From the NCBI GenBank assembly GCA_036490405.1, contig DASXDY010000059.1:10941-74940 (forward strand): DNA of 64,000 bases, written 5' to 3'. Origin of the DNA: Candidatus Sulfotelmatobacter sp. (GTDB lineage: Bacteria; Acidobacteriota; Terriglobia; Terriglobales; Acidobacteriaceae). The notes beneath the pieces were generated by a model that saw only the letters and a list, made by a program, of their open reading frames with translations, had not been told where the DNA came from and made no database searches. The position numbers and the translations under genes were made by a program. Of this stretch, positions 1 to 9,613 are shown piece after piece (within the stretch, counting starts at the first letter, position 1; every line of letters begins with the position of its first letter).

Positions 1-270
1 GTACGCCTTAACCATGGAGATGACTTCGTCTGCTGCCGCAGCCTGGGCTGCGCTGGCCTTCCGTTTTGGATCCATCACATGGCTGCGGATATGACCCTCT
101 AGCAGTTCGGCCATCAGGCTGTTCATCGCGCCTCTTGTAGCGCTCATGAGCTGCAGAACCTCCGAGCAATCCTTCTCCTCGGTCAAAGCGCGCACCAGTG
201 CCTGCACCTGCCCTTGAATTCGCTTGGCCCGCAGAACCAGTTCATTCTTGTTCTCGATGGTATGACTCAT
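1..270 (-). CDS. RcnR/FrmR/CsoR-family metal-sensing transcriptional repressor (first 90 codons; C-terminus runs off the window edge)
   Basis: Reverse-strand ORF from ATG 270-268: MSHTIENKNELVLRAKRIQGQVQALVRALTEEKDCSEVL...EGHIRSHV. It has the His3-Cys35-His60-His64 fingerprint seen in the Ni/Co sensor RcnR. It is absent from the ORF track because there is no stop inside the window. Confidence 0.75.
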   Translation of the reverse strand, partial: MSHTIENKNELVLRAKRIQGQVQALVRALTEEKDCSEVLQLMSATRGAMNSLMAELLEGHIRSHVMDPKRKASAAQAAAADEVISMVKAY

Positions 271-285
271 TCTCCGCAATATACC

Positions 286-296
286 ATACCCGGTAT
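286..296. promoter_or_regulatory. Candidate operator palindrome ATACC-C-GGTAT
   Basis: The 11-bp palindrome, preceded by a second ATACC (281-285), lies 16 nt upstream of the repressor ATG in the 95-bp divergent spacer. Confidence 0.3.
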
Positions 297-365
297 CGTA
301 CCCAAGCAACTTGTGCGGAGCGAGCGCCCGACCTATGATGGAAACTCACGCATCACGAGGGAAGC

Positions 366-611
366 ATGTCAGAACCGAGTTACGAAGAACTCAAAGCCAA
401 ACTGGCGGAACTGGAAAAAGAAGTCGAAATCAAGAAACGCAGCGGAGACCTTATTTTCAAGGTGGGCGAAAAGGGCGGGGTCAGCGTCTACGGCCTGGGC
501 CGATTCCCGGTGACCCTTTATTACGAGCAGTGGAACCGCCTGCTCGGCGCCGCCGACGACATCAAGAAGTTTCTGGAAGAGAACAAGACCAGGCTGAAAT
601 TGAAAGAGTAG
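366..611 (+). CDS. hypothetical small protein (81 aa)
   Basis: ATG-initiated ORF with a coiled-coil-like N-terminus (EELKAKLAELEKE), followed directly by a hairpin. No family recognised. Confidence 0.5.
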   Translation: MSEPSYEELKAKLAELEKEVEIKKRSGDLIFKVGEKGGVSVYGLGRFPVTLYYEQWNRLLGAADDIKKFLEENKTRLKLKE

Positions 612-642
612 GCCTTTTCGCCGGAGGCGGAGGGCAAAAGGC
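612..642 (+). terminator. hairpin after the ORF 366..611 stop codon
   Basis: GCCTTTT (612-618) pairs with AAAAGGC (636-642). The downstream U-tract is weak (TCGTCTTCC). Confidence 0.35.
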
Positions 643-818
643 TCGTCTTCCTGAGAACGGCAAGATTTGAAGCGGCGCGACGGCTCCCAACTCGCGCCCA
701 AATCGGTCGAGTCCTCGCCTTGGAATTAGATTTAGCTACCCCCTCTCTGGAACGTCAGTTTCTCCGTCATCCATTCTGATCGGCCCCACGATGAACTTCT
801 ACGAACGTTGTCAGGCCG

Positions 819-1256
819 ATGCTCTCCTTCCTCCGCTATCGTTTCCGCGTTGCGCTTCCGGGACTGCTGCTGCCGGCCGTTCTTGCGGCCAGCGCGGCAT
901 CGGCGCAGCAAATCGCCGAACCAGTCTCCAGCCGCAGGTTCGATGTTGCTTACTGGACGGTCCTCGGGACGGCAACGGCAGGCGTCGCATTCGATGCCTA
1001 CACGACGTTGTCTTCGATTGGGCCCGGTAAGCGCTGCAATGCGGAAGTGGAGTCCCCGGCACTCTATGGGCGGGTGCCTACGCCGGCGCGCACGGTTGCC
1101 GTCATGGGAGCGCAGCTGGCATCGGCAATCTTTCTTTCGCGCCAGCTTCGGCACCATACTCGCAGCAGGACTGCGCGCCGCGCCGCGCTGCTTCTGGCGT
1201 CGGCAAATGCAGTTCACTTCGCGGGCGCGATCCACAACCAACGCATCTGCAACTGA
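819..1256 (+). CDS. hypothetical exported/membrane protein (145 aa)
   Basis: Signal-like N-terminus LLLPAVLAASAASAQQ. The competing overlapping frames (808..1365, 732..1355) look like GC-rich shadow ORFs. Confidence 0.4.
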   Translation: MLSFLRYRFRVALPGLLLPAVLAASAASAQQIAEPVSSRRFDVAYWTVLGTATAGVAFDAYTTLSSIGPGKRCNAEVESPALYGRVPTPARTVAVMGAQLASAIFLSRQLRHHTRSRTARRAALLLASANAVHFAGAIHNQRICN

Positions 1257-1361
1257 GCTCACTGCTCTCGGGTGCCCCATTTCTCGCGCGTCTTGTGCGC
1301 GAGGAGGAATTCTGCCGGGCTCGGCAACTATGATCGACCAACCGCGGTATACCATGGAAAT

Positions 1362-2450
1362 GTGAATCTTCCGGTGAACCCGCCGCTGCTTCCGATGCTC
1401 GCCAAGCGAATCGAGGAATTGCCGCCGGGCGACGACTGGATCTTCGAACCGAAGTGGGATGGCTTCCGCGCTTTGATCTTCCGGGACGAAGATGAAATCT
1501 TTATCCAGAGCCGAGACCAGAAGCCTCTGAACCGGTATTTTCCTGAGCTGATCGAGCCTTTGCAGTCCGCTCTGCCGCGGCGCTGCGTGCTCGACGGCGA
1601 AATCGTCATCGTCCGAAATAACGAACTCGATTTCAATGGGTTGCAGCTACGCCTGCATCCGGCGGCGTCGCGGGTGAAGCTTTTGTCCGGGCAGATTCCA
1701 GCCTCTGTCGTTTTCTTCGATCTGCTCTGTCTCGGCGATCGCGATCTTTGTGGGGAACAATTTCAAAACCGCCGGCGGGAACTCGAATCCTTACTTTCCT
1801 CTGCGTCTCCACCGATTCATCTGACGCCCGCAACTGGCGCCCGCGGTATCGCCGCTGACTGGTTTCGCCGCTTCGAAGGCGCCGGTCTCGACGGCGTGAT
1901 TGCGAAATCAATATCCGGAACCTATGAGCCGAATAAGCGCGTCATGCTGAAGGTGAAACACGAGCGCGATTGCGACTGCGTCGTAGCCGGATTTCGCTGG
2001 CACAAGAAAGGGAACCACGATCTCGTCGGCTCGCTGCTGCTCGGGCTCTTCGACGATGAGGGAGCGTTGCAACACGTAGGTGTCTGCGCCAGCTTCAGCA
2101 CGGCAAAGCGCGGCGAGCTGGTGGAATTCCTTAAACCGTATCGGGAAGACGCGATGGCCAGTCATCCGTGGAAGCATTGGGCGGAAGCGATGGCTGAGCG
2201 CGATGATGGAGTGAAGAGAATGCCCGGTGGGCAAAGCCGCTGGAGCCAGGGGAAAGATCTCTCGTGGGAGCCACTGCGTCCAGAACTTGTCTTGGAAGTA
2301 GCCTACGATCACATGCAGGGAGACCGGTTCCGCCACACGGCGCAATTCCGCCGCTGGCGCACTGATAAAAAGCCGGGTGACTGTACTTACGCGCAGCTCG
2401 AAGTTGTCCCACCGCAGGAACTAGCGGCGATTTTTCCCCACGGCCGGTGA
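1362..2450 (+). CDS. ATP-dependent DNA ligase (LigD ligase-domain / LigC type)
   Basis: Adenylation motif I EPKWDGFR, later VIAKS and LKVK motifs, and an OB-fold C-terminus. The longest ORF starts at GTG 1272. GTG 1362 or ATG 1395 is preferred because homologs begin near PMLA. Confidence 0.85.
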   Translation: MNLPVNPPLLPMLAKRIEELPPGDDWIFEPKWDGFRALIFRDEDEIFIQSRDQKPLNRYFPELIEPLQSALPRRCVLDGEIVIVRNNELDFNGLQLRLHPAASRVKLLSGQIPASVVFFDLLCLGDRDLCGEQFQNRRRELESLLSSASPPIHLTPATGARGIAADWFRRFEGAGLDGVIAKSISGTYEPNKRVMLKVKHERDCDCVVAGFRWHKKGNHDLVGSLLLGLFDDEGALQHVGVCASFSTAKRGELVEFLKPYREDAMASHPWKHWAEAMAERDDGVKRMPGGQSRWSQGKDLSWEPLRPELVLEVAYDHMQGDRFRHTAQFRRWRTDKKPGDCTYAQLEVVPPQELAAIFPHGR

Positions 2451-2487
2451 ATTGAGGCGAGTTGGATCATTCGCCGCCAGGATAAGA

Positions 2488-2516
2488 CCGTGGAAGAGCG
2501 GCGCTTCAGCGCCACG
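2488..2516 (-). repeat. short repeat family 3 (CGYGGCGCTGAAGCGCCGCTCTTCCACGG), copy 1
   Basis: Near-identical 29-mer to 59252..59280 in the opposite orientation. Contains a GGCGC-TGAA-GCGCC hairpin. Lies between the convergent ligase and polymerase genes. Confidence 0.7.
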
Positions 2517-2544
2517 TTAAGGGCAGAAGACAACAACAGCGGCT

Positions 2545-3867
2545 TTAGCCCCCGCTCTTCCGCATCCTGCTCTGCTCCCGCCACTCCCGCGTGGGATCAT
2601 CATCCGGATCGGGAGCCTCCGGCATAGGCCGCATTTCTTCCGGAACATGCCGCAAGTTAATCCGAATGCGAGTCCAGGTCGACGATCTCCCGCGCATCGA
2701 GTCGACCAGCACGTCATCGACCGCCACATGCTCCGCGGCCTCCGCGTGTCTCGCTTTCCACCGTTCCAGTCCAGCCAGCGCCGCTGCCTTGTCCGGAGAA
2801 TTCGCAACCGTGATGAGTGGCATCTTGACTCGCGATTTCTTCGGCGCGGATTTCTTTTCAGGCGATCGAGCCCGCGACGGCATTACGCGCGAAGCCTCGC
2901 CTTCCATCTTGCGGAAGTGTGGCGGCCACGGAGCATCTTTCAGCCCCGCGGCTTCATCGCTTGCAGCCATCGCCAGGAGCTTTTCCAGCGACCCCACGGA
3001 ATCATCCATGCCTGCGTGCGGATCGCCGATCCTGGCGAAGCGTGCGGGAACCGTGAACAGCGTGAAGTCCGCCGGTTCGCAGTCGGGGACTTCATCCCAC
3101 GTCAGGGGAGTGGAAACGCGCGCGTCAGGCAGCGGGCGCACCGAATAGGCCGAACAGGTCGTGCGGTCCTTCGCATTCTGGTTGTAATCGAGAAAGACGC
3201 CATGGCGCTCCTCTTTCCACCATTTCGAACTGGCCAAAGACGGAGCCCGCCGCTCGATTTCTCGCGACAGGGCAACCGCCGCCCGCCGGACTTCGGTGAA
3301 CGTCCACCGCGGTTCGATGCGCACGTTCACGTGCATCCCGCGGGAGCCACTGGTTTTGGGCCATCCTCGCAGGCCGAGGTCTTCAAGCAATACCTTCACT
3401 TCCAGGGCCACGCGGCGAACGTCATCCCAGCCCACGCCGGGAATCGGGTCGAGATCGATTCTCAATTCGTCCGGATGGTCTAGATTCTCCGACCTTACCG
3501 CGTGCGGATGCAGTTCGATACAGCCCAGGTTCACGATCCACGCCAGTCCGGCAGCATCGTCCACCACGATTTCTTCCGCGGTCCGCCCGGAAGGGAAGGA
3601 AAGAGTCACGGTTCGCAGCCAATCCGGGCGCTGCTCGGGCGCGCGCTTCTGATAAAACGCCTCGCCCTCGGCGCCATTCACAAAACGCTTCAGAACAATC
3701 GGCCGGTCGCGAATTCCGGCCAGCGCGCCCGGAGCAACCGACAGGTAATAGCGCACCAGATCAAGTTTCGAGACCTTGGCCTGCGAAAAATAGAGCTTGG
3801 CCGGATTTGTAATCCGGACCTCGCGTCCATCGATCAAAAGCACTTCGCCGGCTGGTTCTTTGGCCAC
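2545..3867 (-). CDS. LigD primase-polymerase (PolDom) protein with a C-terminal extension
   Basis: LIDGREVRITNPAKLYF, LKRFVNGAEGEAFYQKR, NLGCIELHPH and RIDLDP are typical NHEJ polymerase-domain motifs. About 130 extra basic C-terminal residues follow. Confidence 0.85.
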   Translation of the reverse strand: MAKEPAGEVLLIDGREVRITNPAKLYFSQAKVSKLDLVRYYLSVAPGALAGIRDRPIVLKRFVNGAEGEAFYQKRAPEQRPDWLRTVTLSFPSGRTAEEIVVDDAAGLAWIVNLGCIELHPHAVRSENLDHPDELRIDLDPIPGVGWDDVRRVALEVKVLLEDLGLRGWPKTSGSRGMHVNVRIEPRWTFTEVRRAAVALSREIERRAPSLASSKWWKEERHGVFLDYNQNAKDRTTCSAYSVRPLPDARVSTPLTWDEVPDCEPADFTLFTVPARFARIGDPHAGMDDSVGSLEKLLAMAASDEAAGLKDAPWPPHFRKMEGEASRVMPSRARSPEKKSAPKKSRVKMPLITVANSPDKAAALAGLERWKARHAEAAEHVAVDDVLVDSMRGRSSTWTRIRINLRHVPEEMRPMPEAPDPDDDPTREWREQSRMRKSGG

Positions 3868-4003
3868 GAAAACAGGCTATCACTGACGGGTGTTCCGGTC
3901 GTAAAGACAGGAGTGTCGAGATCGACCGAGTACCGGAAAATGAACGCTTCTTTACAAATCTGTCCCACGAATCGCCTGTTTTTCGGTTTATAATTTTAAG
4001 ATC

Positions 4004-4981
4004 GTGCCCAAGTATTCCATCGTGGTCCCCCTGCACAACGAGCAGGAGAACGTCACCGACCTCTACGACCGGCTAAAAGCTGTGATGGAGGCCAACGGAG
4101 AGAGCTTCGAAATCGTTCTAGTGGATGACGGATCCAGCGACCACACTTTCGCCATGTTGCGCGAGATCGCGGCTGTGGACAGCCGCGTGACGGTCGTCAA
4201 ACTGCGGCGCAACTTCGGCCAGACCGCAGGCCTCGCGGCCGGGTTCGATCACGCGCGCGGCGAGTACATCATCGCCATGGATGGCGACCTGCAGCACGAT
4301 CCCAATGATATTCCGGTATTTCTGGAAAAGATCGCCGCTGGATACGACATCGTCAGCGGATGGCGCAAGAACCGTGTGGACAACTTCTGGATGCGCCGCA
4401 TCCCGTCGCGCATTGCCAACTGGATGATGGCGAAGATCAGCGGCGTGGACATCCACGACTTCGGCACGACCTTCAAGGCCTATCGCCGCGACATTCTCGA
4501 GCAAGTTCCGTTATACGGGGAACTGCACCGGTTCATTCCGGCGCTGGCCTCGTGGCACGGCGCCTCGATCTGCGAAGTGCCCATCCGCAATGTGAACCGC
4601 GAGCGCGGCGTCTCGCACTACGGCATCACGCGCACCTTCCGCGTGTTCTTCGATCTGCTTACGATCCGCTTTCTGCTGCGCTATCTATCGCGTCCGCTGC
4701 ACTTCTTCGGCACGTTTGGCATGATGAGCATCTTTGGCGGCAGTGGTCTGGTCGTATGGCTCGGCATCGAAAAGTTCCTGCGCCATATTCCTGTCATGGG
4801 CGAGCACGGTCCGCTGATGATGGTCGCTCTCGGTCTTCTGCTCGGCGGATTGAATCTGCTCGCTATTGGCCTGCTCGGAGAAATGCAGGTCCGCCACTAC
4901 CACGAGCCCAGCCGCCGTGCCCCGTACTCGGTCGACCGAGTCCTTCGCGCCCAGAACGAAGAGCACAGCGTCTCGGAGTAG
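4004..4981 (+). CDS. family 2 glycosyltransferase (polyprenyl-phosphate glycosyltransferase-like, C-terminal TM helices)
   Basis: YSIVVPLHNEQENV, VLVDDGSSDHT and AMDGDLQHDP motifs. GTG start. Two predicted C-terminal membrane helices. Confidence 0.85.
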   Translation: MPKYSIVVPLHNEQENVTDLYDRLKAVMEANGESFEIVLVDDGSSDHTFAMLREIAAVDSRVTVVKLRRNFGQTAGLAAGFDHARGEYIIAMDGDLQHDPNDIPVFLEKIAAGYDIVSGWRKNRVDNFWMRRIPSRIANWMMAKISGVDIHDFGTTFKAYRRDILEQVPLYGELHRFIPALASWHGASICEVPIRNVNRERGVSHYGITRTFRVFFDLLTIRFLLRYLSRPLHFFGTFGMMSIFGGSGLVVWLGIEKFLRHIPVMGEHGPLMMVALGLLLGGLNLLAIGLLGEMQVRHYHEPSRRAPYSVDRVLRAQNEEHSVSE

Positions 4982-4986
4982 TTTTA

Positions 4987-5012
4987 TGTAGGGAAAGCCG
5001 CCCTCGGCTGTC
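4987..5012 (+). repeat. short repeat family 4 (TGTAGGGAWAGCCGCCCTCGGCTGTC), copy 1
   Basis: 25 of 26 nt identical to 29361..29386. Intergenic, directly after a stop codon. Confidence 0.7.
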
Positions 5013-5113
5013 GGCGAGCGCAGCTCGCCAGCTTTACCCATCTAGAAGGCGCCGAAAGTCCAACTGCATGCCGCAGCGTATAATTTCCCGTTTGCCTTTT
5101 GGAGCGCTGTGAA

Positions 5114-6319
5114 ATGTCGAAAGCCACGCAGCACGAACTGCAACTCGCCCGCCGCATGTCGCGCCTGGGTACGGAAACTGCCTTTGAAGTCCTGAACAAG
5201 GCCCGTGCACTCGAACGACAGGGAAAGAGCATCATCCATCTCGAGATCGGCGAGCCTGACTTCGACACTCCCGCCAACGTAATCGACGCCGGAGTAAAGG
5301 CCCTGCGTGGTGGGTGGACGCACTACGGCCCCGCCGCCGGTCAGCCCGAGCTTCGTCAAGCCCTGGCGGACTATGTGAGCCGCACCCGCGGAGTGAGAGT
5401 CTCGCCTGAGGAAGTTGTCGTAGTTCCCGGCGGTAAGCCGATTATTTTCTTTACGATCCTTGCATTGATTGATGAGGAAAATGAAGTCATCTACCCCAAC
5501 CCCGGCTTCCCGATCTACGAGTCGATGATTCACTACGTCGGTGGCCGCGCCGTGCCGATTCATCTGAAGGAGGAGCGCGACTTCGCGCTGGATGTAAACG
5601 AACTCGCCGCACTCATTACCGACCGCACGAAACTGATCATCATCAACTCGCCCGAGAATCCGACGGGAGGCATTCTCGACCGCCGCGAAATCGAGCAGAT
5701 CGCCCGCGTCATTGGCGATCGCAACATCATGGTACTGTCGGACGAAATCTACAGCCGCCTGTTGTTCGACGGCGCCCAGCATTTTTCGATCATGTCGGTG
5801 CCCGGGATGCAGGAGCGCACCATCCTGCTCGACGGCTTCTCGAAGACTTATGCCATGACCGGATGGCGCATGGGCTACGGCGTGATGCGTCCCGATCTCG
5901 CCGCCCACATGACGCGCCTCATGACCAACTCGAATTCCTGCACCGCCAGCTTCACACAGGTCGCCGGAGTTGAGGCCATCCGCGGAGACCAGAGTTCGGT
6001 CGACCACATGCGCGAGGAATTCCAGCGCCGCCGCGATGTCTTCGTCGCCGGCCTGAACAAGATCAAGGGATTCTCCTGCCGCCTGCCCAAGGGCGCGTTC
6101 TACGTTTTCCCCAACATCACCGCGACGGGCTGGAAGTCGAAGCCGCTGGCGGACGCATTGCTGGAACAAGCCGGCGTCGCGGCGCTCTCAGGAACAGCCT
6201 TTGGAGAATACGGCGAAGGCTATTTGCGCTTCAGCGTCGCCAATTCACTGGACAACCTCCAGGAAGCCCTGAGCCGGCTCGACCAATGGACGAAGAAGAA
6301 CCTCTGGCAACAAAGCTAA
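5114..6319 (+). CDS. class I/II pyridoxal-phosphate-dependent aminotransferase (aspartate aminotransferase-like)
   Basis: IHLEIGEPDFDTP, NPxNPTG and SKTYAMTGWRMGY (PLP lysine) motifs. GGAG lies 9 nt upstream of ATG 5114. Confidence 0.85.
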   Translation: MSKATQHELQLARRMSRLGTETAFEVLNKARALERQGKSIIHLEIGEPDFDTPANVIDAGVKALRGGWTHYGPAAGQPELRQALADYVSRTRGVRVSPEEVVVVPGGKPIIFFTILALIDEENEVIYPNPGFPIYESMIHYVGGRAVPIHLKEERDFALDVNELAALITDRTKLIIINSPENPTGGILDRREIEQIARVIGDRNIMVLSDEIYSRLLFDGAQHFSIMSVPGMQERTILLDGFSKTYAMTGWRMGYGVMRPDLAAHMTRLMTNSNSCTASFTQVAGVEAIRGDQSSVDHMREEFQRRRDVFVAGLNKIKGFSCRLPKGAFYVFPNITATGWKSKPLADALLEQAGVAALSGTAFGEYGEGYLRFSVANSLDNLQEALSRLDQWTKKNLWQQS

Positions 6320-6533
6320 ACTCAAAATCGATGTCATCGTGAACGCGGCGGCACCCCGGGTGAGAGAACGTACGTCGGCTGGCAGCGCAAGTGCAGTTAA
6401 ATGGATCACTTAAGACGCCTGCCGCAAGTGTGGCTGGCTGACGCCGCAACCGGTGCAAAACTGACGTAAGATCCCTCACGCCGGCTTCGCCGCCGCTCAG
6501 GAAGACAACGCCTTGAGGAGTATCGGAGGAAAC

Positions 6534-7052
6534 GTGCCCGCGAAAAAGTCGATCACAGTGCCCAGCCCAAAATCGTCTCGTCCCCAGGCGCCGGGCTACG
6601 GCTTTCCCGATAGCATGAAAGGCCTGCTTCCCTGGTCATGGGCCGAGCAGCGCCTGAAGAAATCACACAACTATTGGATCACCACCGTCAAACCCGACGG
6701 CTCGCCGCACACGATGGTGGTCTGGGGCCTGTGGCAGGATGGCCGCTTTCTTTTCAGCACAGGTGGGAAATCCCGCAAGGCCCGGAATCTGGCAGAGAAC
6801 GCCAACTGCATCGTCTGCACGGAGCGCGCCGAAGAGGCCATCATTGTTGAGGGCATTGCGGAAGTAGCCGACCTGGCCGCGCGCAAGAAATTTCTTCCGC
6901 CCTACGAACGCAAGTACAAGTTCGACCTGTCGAGCATGAAAGGCGACATTCTTTCGATGAAGGAGCCGGTGTTTGCCATCCGGCCCCGCGTCGTCTTCGC
7001 CATGTGGGAAAAGCACTTCCAGAGCAAATCCACCCGCTGGAAATTCGATTAG
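6534..7052 (+). CDS. pyridoxamine 5'-phosphate oxidase family (split-barrel FMN/F420-binding) protein
   Basis: HNYWITTVKPDGSPHTMVVWGLWQDGRFLFSTGGKSRKARNL pattern. The start is uncertain (TTG 6513, GTG 6534 after GGAGGA, or ATG 6615). Confidence 0.7.
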   Translation: MPAKKSITVPSPKSSRPQAPGYGFPDSMKGLLPWSWAEQRLKKSHNYWITTVKPDGSPHTMVVWGLWQDGRFLFSTGGKSRKARNLAENANCIVCTERAEEAIIVEGIAEVADLAARKKFLPPYERKYKFDLSSMKGDILSMKEPVFAIRPRVVFAMWEKHFQSKSTRWKFD

Positions 7053-7202
7053 CGGAGTCTGCTGGAGGGGATCTCCCGTAAGCTACTCGCGGCTTTGGCG
7101 ACCACAACCGGGCAGGAGTCTGCAACAAGATTGCCCATTGTGGCGCATACCGCTGTAACTAGTAGTAGCCCACCCCTCCTGATAGCATGAACCCGGGAAT
7201 TT

Positions 7203-9524
7203 ATGCGCGTTCGCTTTCTGGTCTCGATCACCCTGCTTTTGTTGCCGCTGGCGGCTTTCGGTCAAAGCAACGCCGGTGAGTTACGGGTCAAGGTGACGGA
7301 TCCCAGCGGACTCGGCGTGAGAGCCGCAGCGCGACTGGTGAGCGAGGCGAATGACTATCGCAATACTCTGACCACCGACGATTCCGGTTTGCTGATCGCC
7401 AAGCGCCTGCCCTTCGGGATTTACCGCATTGAGATCGACCAGCCCGGCTTTGCCGAAATTTCCCAGCCAGTGGAAGTGCGTTCAGCGGTTCCCATTCAGC
7501 TTGCGCTCAGGCTCAGCCTCGCTTCGGTCAACACCTCGATCCTCGTACAGGATTCGGCGACGCTGATCGATCCGGCACGCGTCGATTCCGCGCAACAGAT
7601 CGGCAACGAGACGATCGAGACGCGTATGACCTCGCTGCCCGGGCGTTCCTTGCAGGACCTGGTGAACTCCGAGCCCGGCTGGCTTTATGAAGGCAATGCG
7701 GTGCTGCATCCGCGCGGTTCGGAATATCAGACGCAGTTTGTGGTCGATGGGGTTCCTCTGACCGAGAATCGCTCTCCCGGATTCGCGCCCGAGATCGAAG
7801 CCGACGACGTCGATTCGATGAACATCTACACCGCCGGCATCCCCGCCGAATTCGGCCGCAAGATGGGCGGCGTCATCGAAGTCAATACACTCAAGGACAC
7901 GAAGCAGGGTTTTCACGGTCAGGCCATTTTTGGCGGAGGCAGTTTCGATACCGGCGACGCTTTCGCGCAGGTACAGGACTCATGGAAGGGCAACACCCTC
8001 GGCGCCAGCGCCTCGGGCAGCATGACCAGCCACTATCTGAACCCGGTGGTTCCGCAGAACTACACCAACAACGGAACGACCGGAGACTTTGCCGTCAACT
8101 TCGAGCGCGACCTGACGCCGAGCGACCGCATCGGAGCAATCGTCCGCCACAGCCTCTCGCGCTTTCAGGTTCCCAATGAGCAGGTGCAGCAAGCCGCGGG
8201 CCAGCGGCAGGATGGCGACAACTTTGAGACGATGGGCATCGTCTCGTATCAGCATGTCTTCTCATCGAACTCTCTCGGCGCGTTGCGCGGCATGGTGCGC
8301 GACGGATCGAACGACCTCGATTCGAATCCCGATTCGACCCCCGTTATCGCATTCCTGCACAACAATTTTCGCGAGGTCTATTTCAACGGCTCGATCTCCG
8401 TCCACCACGGCCGGCACGAAATCAAAGCGGGCGTCGAATCCGACTCGGTGTTTCTGCACGAGAACTTCAGCGATATCATCACCGACCCTGCCCAGTTCGA
8501 TGACGGCACGCCCACTACATTCGAGTTCACGGGTGCCCGGCCCGATGTGGAGCAGTCGGCCTATGTGCAGGACCTCATCCGGCTGGGCAATTGGACGGTG
8601 AGCGCCGGTCTTCGCTGGGACCACTATCAACTTCTGGTGAACCAGAATTCCGTCAGTCCGCGAATCTCGGTGGCGCGATACTTTCCCGCTGCCGGTCTCG
8701 TGCTGCACGCGTCCTACGACCGCATCTTCCAGACGCCCGATTCCAACAATATTTTGCTGTCCAGTTCGGCCCAGGTGGTTTCGCTGAACCCCGAAGTCTT
8801 CCGCCTTCCCGTCGAGCCTTCCCACGGAAGCTACTTCGAGATCGGCGGAACGAAGTCACTCTTCGATCATCTGCGCTTCGACGCCAATTACTACCGCCGC
8901 TACGTCAACAACTACGCCGACGACGATCAGATCTTGAATACGGCGGTGAGTTTCCCCATCGCCTTTGACAAGGCGATTATCTATGGCGCCGAAGCCAAGC
9001 TCGAAATCCCCAAGTGGGGCCGCTGGTCGGGATACACCAGCTACTCTTACATGGTCGGCAATGTGTGGCTTCCCGTGACGGGCGGCCTTTTCCTCGGGGA
9101 CGACGCAAATGATGCCTTGACCGACGTGAATGGCCACTTTCCCGATTCGCAGGACCAGCGAAACACGGTACGCATTCGCATGCGCTATCAGGCCCACTCG
9201 CGTCTTTGGCTTGCCGGATCTACCGAATACGGCAGCGGCCTGCCGTTCGAATTCGCGGGAGACTACGACGAAGCCCTGGCCCAGTATGGCCCCGCGGTCG
9301 TGTCTCGCGTAAACTTTGACCGCGGCCGCGTGCGCCCATCCTTCGCTCTTGGCGCATCGGTTGGCGCCGATCTCTACAAGAGCGACCGTGTCTCGACTAC
9401 GCTTCAAGCCGACGTACAGAACATCAATGACCGTCTCAACGTGATCGATTTCGGAGGATTGTTCTCCGGCAACGCCATCGCCCCGCCGCGCAGCTGGGCA
9501 CTGCGCCTGCAAGCCCAGTTCTGA
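7203..9524 (+). CDS. TonB-dependent receptor with N-terminal carboxypeptidase-regulatory-like domain
   Basis: Signal peptide, then GELRVKVTDPSGLGV...GIYRIEIDQPGF (CarboxypepD_reg), a plug (HPRGSEYQTQFVVDGVP), a long beta-barrel and a terminal aromatic residue (QAQF). Confidence 0.85.
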   Translation: MRVRFLVSITLLLLPLAAFGQSNAGELRVKVTDPSGLGVRAAARLVSEANDYRNTLTTDDSGLLIAKRLPFGIYRIEIDQPGFAEISQPVEVRSAVPIQLALRLSLASVNTSILVQDSATLIDPARVDSAQQIGNETIETRMTSLPGRSLQDLVNSEPGWLYEGNAVLHPRGSEYQTQFVVDGVPLTENRSPGFAPEIEADDVDSMNIYTAGIPAEFGRKMGGVIEVNTLKDTKQGFHGQAIFGGGSFDTGDAFAQVQDSWKGNTLGASASGSMTSHYLNPVVPQNYTNNGTTGDFAVNFERDLTPSDRIGAIVRHSLSRFQVPNEQVQQAAGQRQDGDNFETMGIVSYQHVFSSNSLGALRGMVRDGSNDLDSNPDSTPVIAFLHNNFREVYFNGSISVHHGRHEIKAGVESDSVFLHENFSDIITDPAQFDDGTPTTFEFTGARPDVEQSAYVQDLIRLGNWTVSAGLRWDHYQLLVNQNSVSPRISVARYFPAAGLVLHASYDRIFQTPDSNNILLSSSAQVVSLNPEVFRLPVEPSHGSYFEIGGTKSLFDHLRFDANYYRRYVNNYADDDQILNTAVSFPIAFDKAIIYGAEAKLEIPKWGRWSGYTSYSYMVGNVWLPVTGGLFLGDDANDALTDVNGHFPDSQDQRNTVRIRMRYQAHSRLWLAGSTEYGSGLPFEFAGDYDEALAQYGPAVVSRVNFDRGRVRPSFALGASVGADLYKSDRVSTTLQADVQNINDRLNVIDFGGLFSGNAIAPPRSWALRLQAQF

Positions 9525-9536
9525 ATCCTCGACGTT

Positions 9537-9562
9537 GTCATCCTGAGCAGTCGAAGGATCCC
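9537..9562 (+). repeat. repeat family 1 core (GTCATCCTGAGCAGTCGAAGGATCCC), solo copy
   Basis: Same core as the copies at 14298, 16150, 21765, 35543, 40346, 43461, 51041, 55180 (rc) and 63124. Confidence 0.7.
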
Positions 9563-9613
9563 TATACGAACCCCTGCGGAATCTGGCCTCGGGAGGGTAT
9601 TTCCGAAAGAGCA

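Noticed and set aside
5042-6169. Long antisense ORFs opposite well-supported genes: 5042..6169, 8262..8825, 22237..23172, 37251..38471, 43579..44640, 47141..48805, 52153..53286 and 57542..58807.
   Set aside because: They have Arg/Ala/Gly/His-rich compositions and no recognisable motifs. Each is a complete overlap with a gene of clear function on the other strand. These are typical shadow ORFs of GC-rich DNA.
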